A DNA stretch of 64,000 nucleotides from Dehalococcoidia bacterium (lineage in GTDB: Bacteria > Chloroflexota > Dehalococcoidia > Bin125): positions 1,088,001 through 1,152,000 of the forward strand of contig CAXXSR010000001.1 in NCBI GenBank assembly GCA_963662615.2, in the 5' to 3' direction. Of this stretch, positions 8,015-16,936 are shown in pieces (positions within the stretch are counted from its first letter, which is position 1; each line of letters begins with the position of its first letter). The notes under the pieces are model-generated. The model did not search any database and had not been told where the DNA came from. It saw nothing but the letters and a program-made list of their open reading frames with translations. A program made the position numbers and the translations under genes.

Positions 8015-9442
8015 TCATGGGCGCAGGATCGTGCGCACGCGATCGTCGTCCACCAGCACCTTCTCCACCAGGTCGCGCACCAGCGCCTGCCGCTCCTCGA
8101 ACGGCAAGCGTCCCCACTCACTGCGCACCCGTTCGCGCTGCTGTTCCTGGTGGCGCCGGCGATCGCTGTCGGAGGCCTGCGCCTCGGCCCGATGAGCCAG
8201 CGTCGCCAGATCCGCCTCGGCCAGCAGATACTCTCCCGCGACCTCGTGCGCCGTCTCCCGAAGCTGCTCCGGCCGCAGCCGGCCGCCGGCGGCGAGCCCC
8301 AAGCTCCCGCTCAACTGCCGGTCCAGCGACCGCATCCGGCTCCGCACCCGCGCTTCCGCCATGGCCGTCTCCGCCGCTACCGCCTTCGAATCGCCGGCGC
8401 TCACCACCGTCGATTGCAGCGCCCCGCTCGCTTCACCCGTCAGGTGCCGCACCACCTCGGCCTCCAGGTCATCGGCCCGCTGCGTGTGGTACGCCCCCAC
8501 CGACTGATTCGTACGCGCCTCGCTCTGGTAGTAGCGATAGGTGCTCTTCACCACCTCCCCATCTCGACGCGTCCACTGCTGCCGTCGTGTGACGCCGATC
8601 ATCCGCGTGCCGCCGTCATTGCAGTGGACCAAGCCCGACAACAGAAAGTGGCTGGGGCGCGCCGGCGCCGCCGGCCGGCGGCGGCCCTGCATCCGCTCCT
8701 CCACGGCGTCGAAGTCGCTCACCGACACGATCGCGGTGTGGTTGCTGGGCACCCGTACCCCAAAGCGCGCATAGGTTCCCAGATAGACGCGATTGCGCAG
8801 CAGGTCGCGAATGGTGACCATGCTCCAGTTGCCGTCCCGGCGCGTGCGGTAGCCCTCTTCATTCAGACGCTTGGCGATCCGGCGGATGCCGAGCCCTTCC
8901 CGCAGGTAGAGGCGAAAGATATGGCGCAGCAGCGCCGCCTCGTCCTCTACGATCGCCAAACGCCCGTCCGCTCCGGCCCGATAGCCGTACGGCGGTCGCC
9001 CCAACACCTGCCCTTGGACTGCGAGTCGCCGCATCGCCTCCCGCACCCGCTCGCCCACCCCCGAAGACGCCCGTTGCGCCGACCACAGTTTCAGCATCCG
9101 CGCCTCGTCCAGCGCCCCTTCTTCCATGGAGATGACCCGCGCCCCGCTGGCCGTGATCTGAAAGTAGGCCCGCGCCGCCTCCGTAGCGCCCGCGCCCAGC
9201 CGCTCGAACGACGCCGCCACCACCACCAGGAACCCCTTCTCCGGCCTGCTGAGGTACTCCAGCAACTGCCGCAGACCCGGACGTTCCCCGTCGCCGCTGG
9301 GATCGAGGAATGCCGCCGCCGGCTCGTAGCCGTTCGCATCGCAGTAGGCCAGGAAATCGTCGTTTTGCTGCGACAGAGAAGCGCCGCGTGGCGCGTCGGC
9401 TCGCCTTCCCGGAAATTCGCTGAAGTAGCCAACGGCCCGCAT
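8015..9442 (-). CDS. Large serine recombinase-family protein, apparently catalytically dead
   Basis: Resolvase-like N-terminus (SLSQQ...YC, ERPGL), recombinase DNA-binding domain (GRPPYGY, EAALLRHIF, IAKRLN, W...IRDLLRNRVYLG, H.AIVS), degenerate Zn ribbon (FLLSGLVHC) and coiled coil. Confidence 0.88.
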   Translation of the reverse strand: MRAVGYFSEFPGRRADAPRGASLSQQNDDFLAYCDANGYEPAAAFLDPSGDGERPGLRQLLEYLSRPEKGFLVVVAASFERLGAGATEAARAYFQITASGARVISMEEGALDEARMLKLWSAQRASSGVGERVREAMRRLAVQGQVLGRPPYGYRAGADGRLAIVEDEAALLRHIFRLYLREGLGIRRIAKRLNEEGYRTRRDGNWSMVTIRDLLRNRVYLGTYARFGVRVPSNHTAIVSVSDFDAVEERMQGRRRPAAPARPSHFLLSGLVHCNDGGTRMIGVTRRQQWTRRDGEVVKSTYRYYQSEARTNQSVGAYHTQRADDLEAEVVRHLTGEASGALQSTVVSAGDSKAVAAETAMAEARVRSRMRSLDRQLSGSLGLAAGGRLRPEQLRETAHEVAGEYLLAEADLATLAHRAEAQASDSDRRRHQEQQRERVRSEWGRLPFEERQALVRDLVEKVLVDDDRVRTILRP

Positions 9443-9463
9443 GCTGCTCCTAGGGCAGTGCTC

Positions 9464-10162
9464 TTACCGCAAGAAGACGATCCGTCCACAGGCAGGACAG
9501 TTCACCACCTCGGCCCCGCGCCGCGCCCGCGTCAGCATCATGGTCGGCAGCGTCAGCCGACAGGCGCCACAGACGCCGCCCTCCGCCACGGCCACGACCA
9601 GCGGATTGCGGCTGCGGTGGTCGTCGTAGACGGCCAAGTCCCCCTCTTTCATCGAGGCCCGCTGCTCGCCCGCTTCCACATCGATCGAATCGGATTGCTC
9701 GACCAGCTCGCGGCGTTGCGTCTCCAGCTCCGACTCCCGCTCGCTCCAGTCGGCCTCCACACGCTTCAACAGCCGCACCAGGTAATCGCGCGCCTCCCGG
9801 TCCAGCTCCTCCCGCTCCAGCTGGGCCAGCCCGCTCTCTTCCTGCGCCTTCAGCCCACGCCGCAGAGCAAATATCTCCTCCTGCAGGCTGCGCAGCTCGC
9901 GAGATTCGGTGATGGCGCCGCTGTAGAGCTTTTCCTCTTCCGCCGTGATCTTCAGCCGTGACGCCTCGGCCTCCGCTTCTTTCTTCTTGCGATCGCCGGT
10001 CGCCTCCTTGAGCAGCCCCTTCTGAGCGTCCACTTCGCCACGCAGCGCATCCAGAAACGGCGGCCGGCCCAACAACGCCTCCACCTCTTTGAGCCGCTTC
10101 TTGATCGTGTCTAACCGCCCATCCACCTCCTGGAGGGTGATCATCTCCGCGATGTTGTCCAC
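9464..10162 (-). CDS. Coiled-coil C4-type zinc-ribbon protein (DUF164/CT398-like)
   Basis: LQEVD N-terminus, long coiled coil, KLYSG, CGAC...CPACGRI; GGAGA SD before the GTG. Confidence 0.88.
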   Translation of the reverse strand: MDNIAEMITLQEVDGRLDTIKKRLKEVEALLGRPPFLDALRGEVDAQKGLLKEATGDRKKKEAEAEASRLKITAEEEKLYSGAITESRELRSLQEEIFALRRGLKAQEESGLAQLEREELDREARDYLVRLLKRVEADWSERESELETQRRELVEQSDSIDVEAGEQRASMKEGDLAVYDDHRSRNPLVVAVAEGGVCGACRLTLPTMMLTRARRGAEVVNCPACGRIVFLR

Positions 10163-10216
10163 GCGATTCTCCGCTTCGATTAGGTAACCACAGTCTACGA
10201 ACCGCGACTCGCGCCG

Positions 10217-10288
10217 CGCAAGCACCACCGCGGGCACCACCGCAAGCACCACCGCAAGCACCACCGCAAGCACCACCGCGGGCGCCGC
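10217..10288. repeat. 12-nt tandem array (CGCRRGCACCAC x6) in a divergent promoter region
   Basis: Direct reading; followed by a duplicated CCTCTGGTTGC that abuts TAGGAT. Confidence 0.85.
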
Positions 10289-10327
10289 TTCCTCTGGTTG
10301 CAAGCCTCTGGTTGCTAGGATACTGCC

Positions 10328-10873
10328 GTGACCCGGCAACGTCCGCGCCCGGCCGACAGTGAGGCCTCCCTCTCGTTCAATGTCTCCACCCTGCTCGCCG
10401 AGCCCATCGGCAGCCAGCGGCGCCACACCATCGCCGAGGCGCCGTTCACCTTCAACGGCTTCGTCACGCGCGTGGCGGGAACCGTCGATTTCCTTCGCAC
10501 CGACGGCTCCATCATGGTCACCGCGGACCTGTCGCTGCACATCGAGGAGATCTGCGGCCGCTGCCTCCGACCCTTCGTAACGCCCTTCACCGTTCGCTTC
10601 AGCGAGGAGTTCTGGCCTGCGTTCGACCCTCTCACGCGCGAGCGCGTGCACGTCCCCGAAGAGCGCGAAGGCTTTCCCATCAGCGACGGGCACCTCGACC
10701 TTGGCGAAGCCATCCGCCAATATGTGGAGATGGCGCGCTCCATGCGGCCGCTCTGCGGGCGGCCGGCCTGCCCCGCGGTCGCGGAGCCGGTGCCCCTCGA
10801 CCGCCGCGACGAGGCGGCCGTCGACAGTCGCTGGGCCGCGCTCCAAACCCTGCGCGACCACCTCAACGAGTGA
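10328..10873 (+). CDS. yceD: DUF177/YceD family protein
   Basis: CGRCL, HLDLGEAIRQ and DSRWAAL motifs; lies upstream of rpmF; leaderless start. Confidence 0.9.
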   Translation: MTRQRPRPADSEASLSFNVSTLLAEPIGSQRRHTIAEAPFTFNGFVTRVAGTVDFLRTDGSIMVTADLSLHIEEICGRCLRPFVTPFTVRFSEEFWPAFDPLTRERVHVPEEREGFPISDGHLDLGEAIRQYVEMARSMRPLCGRPACPAVAEPVPLDRRDEAAVDSRWAALQTLRDHLNE

Positions 10874-10905
10874 TCGGCGCGCGCGGCCTGCGAGAGGACT
10901 AGGCT

Positions 10906-11091
10906 GTGGCCCCGCTACCGAAACGCAAATATGCCAAAACCCGACAACGGCTGCGGCGGCACCACCTTGTGCAACGCCGCGCCACCTTGACCACCTGTCC
11001 CACCTGCCACTCCACCACGGTCGCGCATCAGGTCTGCTACGAGTGCGGCCGCTACCGGGGCCGGCAAGTGCTGGAAGTCGGCGAGGAGTAG
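10906..11091 (+). CDS. rpmF: 50S ribosomal protein L32
   Basis: MAPLPKRK...RRHH...CPTC...HQVCYECGRYRGRQV. Confidence 0.95.
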   Translation: MAPLPKRKYAKTRQRLRRHHLVQRRATLTTCPTCHSTTVAHQVCYECGRYRGRQVLEVGEE

Positions 11092-11093
11092 GC

Positions 11094-12044
11094 ATGGGCG
11101 CCGCGCTTACCGCCCCGGCCTGGCTCTTCCCAGGACAGGGCGCCCAGAAGGTGGGTATGGGCCGCGACCTTTACGAAGCGATCCCGCAAGCACGCGAGAT
11201 CTTCGAGCGCGCCGACGCCGCCCTCGACCGCCCCCTCTCCGAGATCATCTTCAACGGCCCGGAAGAGACGCTGGTGCAGACGGTCAACGCCCAGCCCGCC
11301 ATCTTTACCACCAGCCTCGCCTGCCTGGCCGGCGCGCGGGCGCTCAACGCCGATCTTCGCGCGCCCCCCGCCTTCGTCGCCGGCCACAGCCTGGGCGAAT
11401 ACACCGCCCTGGTCGCCGCCGGCTCCCTCGCAATCGAAGACGGCGTCCGCCTGGTCCAGCGGCGCGGCCGCCTCATGCAACGGGCCGGCGAAGAGCAGCC
11501 CGGCACGCTCGCCGCCATCTTGGGCCTGGGCGAAAATGAGATCGAAGCCGTCTGCCTGGAGACCGGCGCCGAGATCTGCAACGTCAACGCCCCCACCCAG
11601 ATCGTCGTGGGCGGCAGCCACCCCGCCGTCGCCCGCGCCATGGACCTCGCCCGGGCCCGCGGCGCCCGCCGCACCCTTCCCCTCCGGGTCAGCGCCGCCT
11701 TCCACTCCTCCCTCATGCAGCCGGCCGCCGACACCATGAAGCGCGAGCTGGAGCGGGTGTCCTTCCAGCAACCCCAAGTGCCCCTGGTCGCCAACGTCAC
11801 CGGCGCCGTCATCAATTCCAGCGACGCCGTCCGCACCGAACTTGCCCAGCAAGTGGGCCGCGCCGTCCGCTGGCGCGAGTCCGTCGAGTTCATGCTCGCC
11901 GCCGGCGTCCGCACTTTCGTCGAGATCGGCCCCGGCACCGCGCTCACCAGCCTGGTCAAGGCCGCCGCCAAGGACCTCAAGCTCACGCTCACGCTCACGC
12001 TGCACAACTTCAACACCATCGACTCGATCCGCGGCGGCCGCTAG
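11094..12044 (+). CDS. fabD: Malonyl-CoA:ACP transacylase
   Basis: FPGQGAQ, GHSLGEY, SAAFHS and EIGPG motifs. Confidence 0.95.
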   Translation: MGAALTAPAWLFPGQGAQKVGMGRDLYEAIPQAREIFERADAALDRPLSEIIFNGPEETLVQTVNAQPAIFTTSLACLAGARALNADLRAPPAFVAGHSLGEYTALVAAGSLAIEDGVRLVQRRGRLMQRAGEEQPGTLAAILGLGENEIEAVCLETGAEICNVNAPTQIVVGGSHPAVARAMDLARARGARRTLPLRVSAAFHSSLMQPAADTMKRELERVSFQQPQVPLVANVTGAVINSSDAVRTELAQQVGRAVRWRESVEFMLAAGVRTFVEIGPGTALTSLVKAAAKDLKLTLTLTLHNFNTIDSIRGGR

Positions 12045-12061
12045 CCGCCCAAGGGCGGACC

Positions 12062-12538
12062 GTGGCCAAGATCTACAAGCGAGCCCGCGTTCGCGCCTTC
12101 CGCGCCCTCTTCGAGGCGGAGTTCGGCCGCTGTGCCGCTCTGGATGCCCTCCGCCGCGACCTCGCCGGCCCCGAGGGCAGCCACGCCACCGTCTCCAACG
12201 CCGACCGTGCCTACGCCGAGGCCCTGGTCCAGGGCCTGCAGCAACACCGTGAGCAGCTGGACCGCATCATTGCGGAAACGGCGCCCCGCTGGCCGCTGGA
12301 CCAGATCGCCGTCGTGGACCTCACCATCCTCCGCATTGCGCTCTACGAGCTCCTGGTCAATAATGCCGCCGTCCCCACCGCGGCCGTGATCAACGAAGCC
12401 GTGGAGCTGGCCAAGACCTACGGCGCCGACGCGAGCTCCCGCTTTGTCAACGGCGTCCTGGGAACTGTCAGCCGCGACCGCCTGGCCGCGCCGGTCGCTC
12501 GGAAACCGGAATCGGAGGAACCGCATGGCTCTCTATGA
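12062..12538 (+). CDS. nusB: Transcription antitermination factor NusB
   Basis: [28 protein letters not shown] and FVNGVLG motifs. Confidence 0.95.
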   Translation: MAKIYKRARVRAFRALFEAEFGRCAALDALRRDLAGPEGSHATVSNADRAYAEALVQGLQQHREQLDRIIAETAPRWPLDQIAVVDLTILRIALYELLVNNAAVPTAAVINEAVELAKTYGADASSRFVNGVLGTVSRDRLAAPVARKPESEEPHGSL

Positions 12539-12782
12539 GCGGATCCGCGGGATTATCGAGAACCAGTTGGGCGTCGACGCGGAGCAGGTCACGCTCCAAG
12601 CCTCGTTCGTCGACGATCTCGGCGCCGACTCGCTCGACCTTGTCGAACTGATCATGGCCTTCGAGGACGAGTTCAAAGACGAGGTGAAGGAGCTGGAGAT
12701 TACCGACGAAGAGGCCGAAGGCCTCGCTACCGTCCAGGCCGCCATCGATTTCCTCGTCAGCAAGGGCGTGCCCAAGGACTGA
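12525..12782 (+). CDS. acpP: Acyl carrier protein
   Basis: [17 protein letters not shown]; GGAGG SD. Confidence 0.95.
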   Translation: MALYERIRGIIENQLGVDAEQVTLQASFVDDLGADSLDLVELIMAFEDEFKDEVKELEITDEEAEGLATVQAAIDFLVSKGVPKD

Positions 12783-12797
12783 TCGTCGCCCCGGACG

Positions 12798-12885
12798 GCG
12801 CCACTGTCTTCGCACCACTGTCTTGGCGCCACCCTCTTCGCGCCACGGTCTTCGCGCGCAACGGTCTTCGGCCCACTGTCTTCGC
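12798..12885. repeat. Degenerate 14-nt tandem array (GCGCCACTGTCTTC consensus x6)
   Basis: Direct reading between acpP and tatB. Confidence 0.85.
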
Positions 12886-12959
12886 GGCCCACAGCGGCGC
12901 GCTAAAAGATCGGATACGCTGGAGCGGGCGCGCGTCCGCGCAGCGCACGCGGGAGCGGC

Positions 12960-13487
12960 ATGGAACTCTTCGGCATCGGCATCCTTGAGATCCTGCTCAT
13001 CTTCGTGCTCTTCGCCATCATCTTCGGTCCTCACCGCCTCCCCGAGATCGCCGCACAGTTCGGTCGCGCCGTCCGCGTCCTGCGCGCCTACGCCCGCGAC
13101 TTCCGCGACGAATACCTCACCGACATTGAAGAGATGAAGGATGAGGTGCTCGATCTGCGCCAGGACCTGCAGGCCACCGACGCGGAATTGCGCCGCGAGG
13201 TCCAAGACGTGGATCAGGAACTCCGCATGGCCGTGCGCGAAGCGGAGCGCGACGCCGAGAGCGTCGTGCGCGAGACCAAGGAGGGGGCGCTGGGCAAGGA
13301 GTCGCCCCCATCACCGGCTGGCGGGAACGCGTCTCGCCAAGAGCAAGCAATCCCGCGCCGGCGCTTCGCCAGGCGCCGCGCGCGGACGAGCGCGCCTCCC
13401 TCCTCCCGCCCGACCAACGTCATCTCCATCGCCGCGCGCCGGCCCGCCCGCGGGGCGCCCTCTCGCGGGGTGAAGGATCGCCCCTAA
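12960..13487 (+). CDS. tatB: Twin-arginine translocase TatB/TatA family
   Basis: FGIGILEILLI...IIFGPHRLPE, amphipathic helix; upstream of tatC. Confidence 0.88.
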   Translation: MELFGIGILEILLIFVLFAIIFGPHRLPEIAAQFGRAVRVLRAYARDFRDEYLTDIEEMKDEVLDLRQDLQATDAELRREVQDVDQELRMAVREAERDAESVVRETKEGALGKESPPSPAGGNASRQEQAIPRRRFARRRARTSAPPSSRPTNVISIAARRPARGAPSRGVKDRP

Positions 13488-13493
13488 GCCACC

Positions 13494-14267
13494 GTGGCCA
13501 CCCAGCCCGACCCAGAGAGCGACCCCGACCCCGCCGCCGGTCAGCTCCTCACCCTGGGCGAGCACCTCGCGGAGCTGCGTCGGCGCCTGACTATCTCGCT
13601 CCTCGCTCTTCTCCTCGCCACAGTCTCCGCCCTCGTCTTCGCCGGGGACATCATGAATTACTTGCTGGAGCCGGCCCGTGACGCCGATCCGGGCTTTGAC
13701 CCCATCTTCACCGAGCTGCTCGGCTACGTCTCGGCCTACGTCAAGGTGGGCCTCCTCGTCGGCGTCGCCGGGGCCATGCCCGTGGTGCTCTACCAGATGC
13801 TCGCCTTCATCAAGCCCGGCCTTACCAAGCGGGAGCGCCGCTGGGTGATCCCCATCGTCCTGCTTGGCGCCCTCTCGTTCGCCGGCGGCGGCGCCTTCGC
13901 CTTCTACATCGCCTGGCCGCCCGCGCTCGACTTCCTCCTCAATTTCGGCGACGATATCGCCGACGCCGAAATTCGCATCAACAACTACATTGACATGCTC
14001 TCCCGCTTCATCTTCTGGACCGGCCTGGTCTTCCAGATGCCCCTGTTGCTCATGGGCCTGGGAGCGCTGGGGCTGGTCCGCGCCCGGCGTCTCATCCGTG
14101 GGTGGCGCTGGGCCGTGATCGGCACCTTCCTCATCGCCGCCCTCATCACCCCCTCCATCGATCCCGTGACGCAGGCGACGGTTGCCCTGCCCCTCATGGC
14201 CCTCTACGGGCTGGGCGTGCTCCTGGTCTGGCTCGTGCAGGATCGCGGCCTCGGCCGCCCCCTCTGA
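13494..14267 (+). CDS. tatC: Twin-arginine translocase TatC
   Basis: HLAELRRRL, FIKPGL, FQMP and ITPSIDP motifs. Confidence 0.95.
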   Translation: MATQPDPESDPDPAAGQLLTLGEHLAELRRRLTISLLALLLATVSALVFAGDIMNYLLEPARDADPGFDPIFTELLGYVSAYVKVGLLVGVAGAMPVVLYQMLAFIKPGLTKRERRWVIPIVLLGALSFAGGGAFAFYIAWPPALDFLLNFGDDIADAEIRINNYIDMLSRFIFWTGLVFQMPLLLMGLGALGLVRARRLIRGWRWAVIGTFLIAALITPSIDPVTQATVALPLMALYGLGVLLVWLVQDRGLGRPL

Positions 14268-14463
14268 CCGCCGCCCCCTCCCACGCACGACAGCCCTCAC
14301 GGCTGAGCCTGCCCTGAGAACCCTGTTGAACCTCGTTATGCCCCTGAGGATGCCCTCACAAGGATGCGATGCCCAGCCGGCCGTGTTACTTCTGGGGAGC
14401 TACCGCTGAGAGAGTGGCGGCCGCGGCGCACGAACCCGCGGCGACGAGAGCCACGGTGTCGCC

Positions 14464-15093
14464 ATGGACCTCGAACAACTTCACGACGTCAACGAGCGCA
14501 TCGCGTCTTGCATCGCCTGCCCGCTCGCCGCCGGCCGCACCCGCACCGTCCCCGGCGATGGCGACCCCAACGCCGAGCTGATGTTCATTGGCGAAGCGCC
14601 GGGCTTTCACGAGGACCGCCAGGGGCGGCCGTTCGTGGGCCAGTCCGGCAAGATCCTGGATGACCTCTTGGCCACCATTGGCCTCAGCCGCGCCCACGTC
14701 TTCGTGGCCAACATGGTCAAATGCCGCCCCCCCAGCAACCGCGACCCTGAGATCGCCGAGATGGCCGCCTGTGAGCCGTTCCTGAGCGAGCAGATTGCCG
14801 GCATCCGCCCCAAGCTGATCGTCCCCCTCGGGCGCATCGCCCTGCAGTACTTCGTCCCGGGAGCGACCATCTCACGCACGCACGGCAAATCCGTCCGCGC
14901 CGGCGTCCACCTCATCTACCCCGTCTATCATCCCGCCGCCGCCCTCCGCCAAGGCGCCTTACTCCGCGTCCTGCGCCAGGATTTCCAGCGCATCCCCGAA
15001 CTGCTCGCCGGCGCCCCGCGCCCCACGGTGCAGGAAACCGTGCAGGAAGAGGCCCCCGCCCAGGAAAGCGCATCGCAGCTGCCCCTTCTTTAG
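14464..15093 (+). CDS. Uracil-DNA glycosylase family 4
   Basis: CxxC, IGEAPG, RPFVG, VKCRPP and YHPAA motifs. Confidence 0.93.
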   Translation: MDLEQLHDVNERIASCIACPLAAGRTRTVPGDGDPNAELMFIGEAPGFHEDRQGRPFVGQSGKILDDLLATIGLSRAHVFVANMVKCRPPSNRDPEIAEMAACEPFLSEQIAGIRPKLIVPLGRIALQYFVPGATISRTHGKSVRAGVHLIYPVYHPAAALRQGALLRVLRQDFQRIPELLAGAPRPTVQETVQEEAPAQESASQLPLL

Positions 15094-15130
15094 CCGCAGT
15101 GCGCCGGGCCCCATCCTGCCGTACCGTGGT

Positions 15131-15215
15131 CGCATGACCAGGCGCATGACCAGGCGCATGACCAGGCGCATGACCAGGCGCATGACCAGGCGCATGACCA
15201 GGCGCATGACCAGGC
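15131..15215 (+). repeat. Perfect 12-nt tandem repeat CGCATGACCAGG x7
   Basis: Direct reading. Confidence 0.97.
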
Positions 15216-15226
15216 TGGCCCTGTGA
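15134..15226 (+). CDS. Putative leaderless uORF (MTRR)6MTRLAL, coupled to rnj
   Basis: TACCGT at 15122-15127, then 6 nt, then ATG. The TGA stop overlaps the rnj GTG (GTGA). Confidence 0.4.
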   Translation: MTRRMTRRMTRRMTRRMTRRMTRRMTRLAL

Positions 15227-16890
15227 AGGAGGTTCCGGCCAACGCACTGCGCGTGGTCCCGCTGGGCGGGCTGGGCGAAATCGGCCGCAACATGATGGTC
15301 TTCGAGACCGCCGACGACATGGTCGTCGTCGACGCCGGCATCATGTTCCCGCCCCAGGAGATGCTCGGTGTTGACGCCATCATCCCGGACATCACCTACA
15401 TCACCGAGCGACGCGCCAAGCTGCGCGCCTACCTGATCACGCACGGGCATGAGGATCACATCGGCGCTCTGCCCTACGTGGTGCCGGAGATTCCGGCGCC
15501 CATCTACGCCACCCGCCTCACGCAAGGGCTCATCGACGTCAAGTTTCGCGACCTCCGCGGCGAGAACATCGAACGGGTCACGCTCACTCCGGACTTCCGC
15601 GCGGACTTTGGCTCAATTCAGGCGGAATTCTTCTCCGTCGCCCACTCCATTCCCGACGCCATGGGCATCGCGCTGCGGACCCCCGCCGGCCTCGTCGTCC
15701 ACACCGGCGACTTCAAGATCGACCACACGCCGGTGATGAGCCCCCCCACCGACCTGCCCCGCCTGGCCGCCTACGGCGACGAGGGCATCCGCCTCCTCTG
15801 CAGCGACTCCACCTACGCCGACCGAGCCGGCCACACCCCCTCGGAGCGCGTCGTCGGCGAGGCCCTGGAGCAGATCATGCTGACCGCACCCGGACGCGTG
15901 ATCATCGCCACCTTCGCCTCCCAGATCGCCCGCGTGCAGCAGATCATCCACGGCGCTCAGGCCGCCGGCCGCACGGTCTTCGTGACCGGCCGCTCCATGG
16001 TCCAGAACGTGCGCATGGCGCGGGAGCTGGCCTACATCCAGGCCGAGGCCGGCGCCATCCGCGACATCAGCGAGCACGCGCGCTTCCCCGACGAGGAGGT
16101 CCTCATCATCTGCACCGGCGGCCAAGGCGAGCCCATGTCCGCCCTCGCGCGCATGGCCACCGGCGACCATCGCGACGTCACCCTCAAGCCCGGCGACACC
16201 GTCGTGCTCTCCTCCAGCCCCATCCCCGGCAACGAGGCCGCCGTCAACCGCACCATTGACAACCTCTACCGCGTCGGCGCCGACGTCCGCTACACCGGCG
16301 GCGGGGACCAGGACGTCCACGTCCACGGCCACGCCGCCCAAGAAGAGCTCAAAACGGTCTTGGGTCTCACCCGCCCCCACCACTTCATCCCCATCCACGG
16401 CGAATTCCGCCACCTGACGCACCACGTCCGCCTCGCCGCCGCCACGGGGGTGCCCGGCGACCAATGTCATGTGCTCGTGGACGGCGCCGTCTTCCAGATC
16501 ACCGCGGACACCGCGACCACCTTGGAGGACGTCCCCGCCTCCTACGTCTACGTGGACGGCCTCAACGTCGGGGGCGTGGACCACACGGTCCTCCGCGACC
16601 GCCGCCATCTCGCCTCCGAGGGCGTCGTCGTGCTCGTCGTCGCCGTCGATCACCAGACCGGGCAGATCGTCGGCGACGTTGACCTCGTCTCCCGAGGCGT
16701 CGCCGACTTGGACGAATCCCCCGAACTGAACAAGCGCACCGTCGATCGCGTCTATGAGGCGCTCGGCCGCGAGGATCACCCTGTGGAGTGGAACCTCCTG
16801 CAGGACATCCTCAAACGTGAGATCTCCAAGTTCCTGTACCGCGAAACTCACCAGCGCCCTATGGTGTTACCGGTGGCTGTGGAGGTCTAG
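15223..16890 (+). CDS. rnj: Ribonuclease J
   Basis: PLGGLGEIGRN, THGHEDHIG, HTGDFK, SDST and HVHGHA motifs. Confidence 0.96.
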   Translation: MKEVPANALRVVPLGGLGEIGRNMMVFETADDMVVVDAGIMFPPQEMLGVDAIIPDITYITERRAKLRAYLITHGHEDHIGALPYVVPEIPAPIYATRLTQGLIDVKFRDLRGENIERVTLTPDFRADFGSIQAEFFSVAHSIPDAMGIALRTPAGLVVHTGDFKIDHTPVMSPPTDLPRLAAYGDEGIRLLCSDSTYADRAGHTPSERVVGEALEQIMLTAPGRVIIATFASQIARVQQIIHGAQAAGRTVFVTGRSMVQNVRMARELAYIQAEAGAIRDISEHARFPDEEVLIICTGGQGEPMSALARMATGDHRDVTLKPGDTVVLSSSPIPGNEAAVNRTIDNLYRVGADVRYTGGGDQDVHVHGHAAQEELKTVLGLTRPHHFIPIHGEFRHLTHHVRLAAATGVPGDQCHVLVDGAVFQITADTATTLEDVPASYVYVDGLNVGGVDHTVLRDRRHLASEGVVVLVVAVDHQTGQIVGDVDLVSRGVADLDESPELNKRTVDRVYEALGREDHPVEWNLLQDILKREISKFLYRETHQRPMVLPVAVEV

Positions 16891-16936
16891 CCCTCTCCGG
16901 GGTGAGCGCTGCTGTGCGCAGCGGGCGGGACCGGGC

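Noticed and set aside
8015-9442. Active integrase marking a prophage or ICE boundary
   Set aside because: Catalytic motifs are missing, both flanks are housekeeping genes, and there is no cargo, att repeat or GC shift.
14394-14440. TPP-riboswitch-like 5' half (GGGGAGC..GCTGAGAG..GTG/CAC..ACCC) before udg
   Set aside because: The pyrophosphate-binding half (CUGAU...UAAU...GCG) is absent and the downstream gene is unrelated to thiamine.
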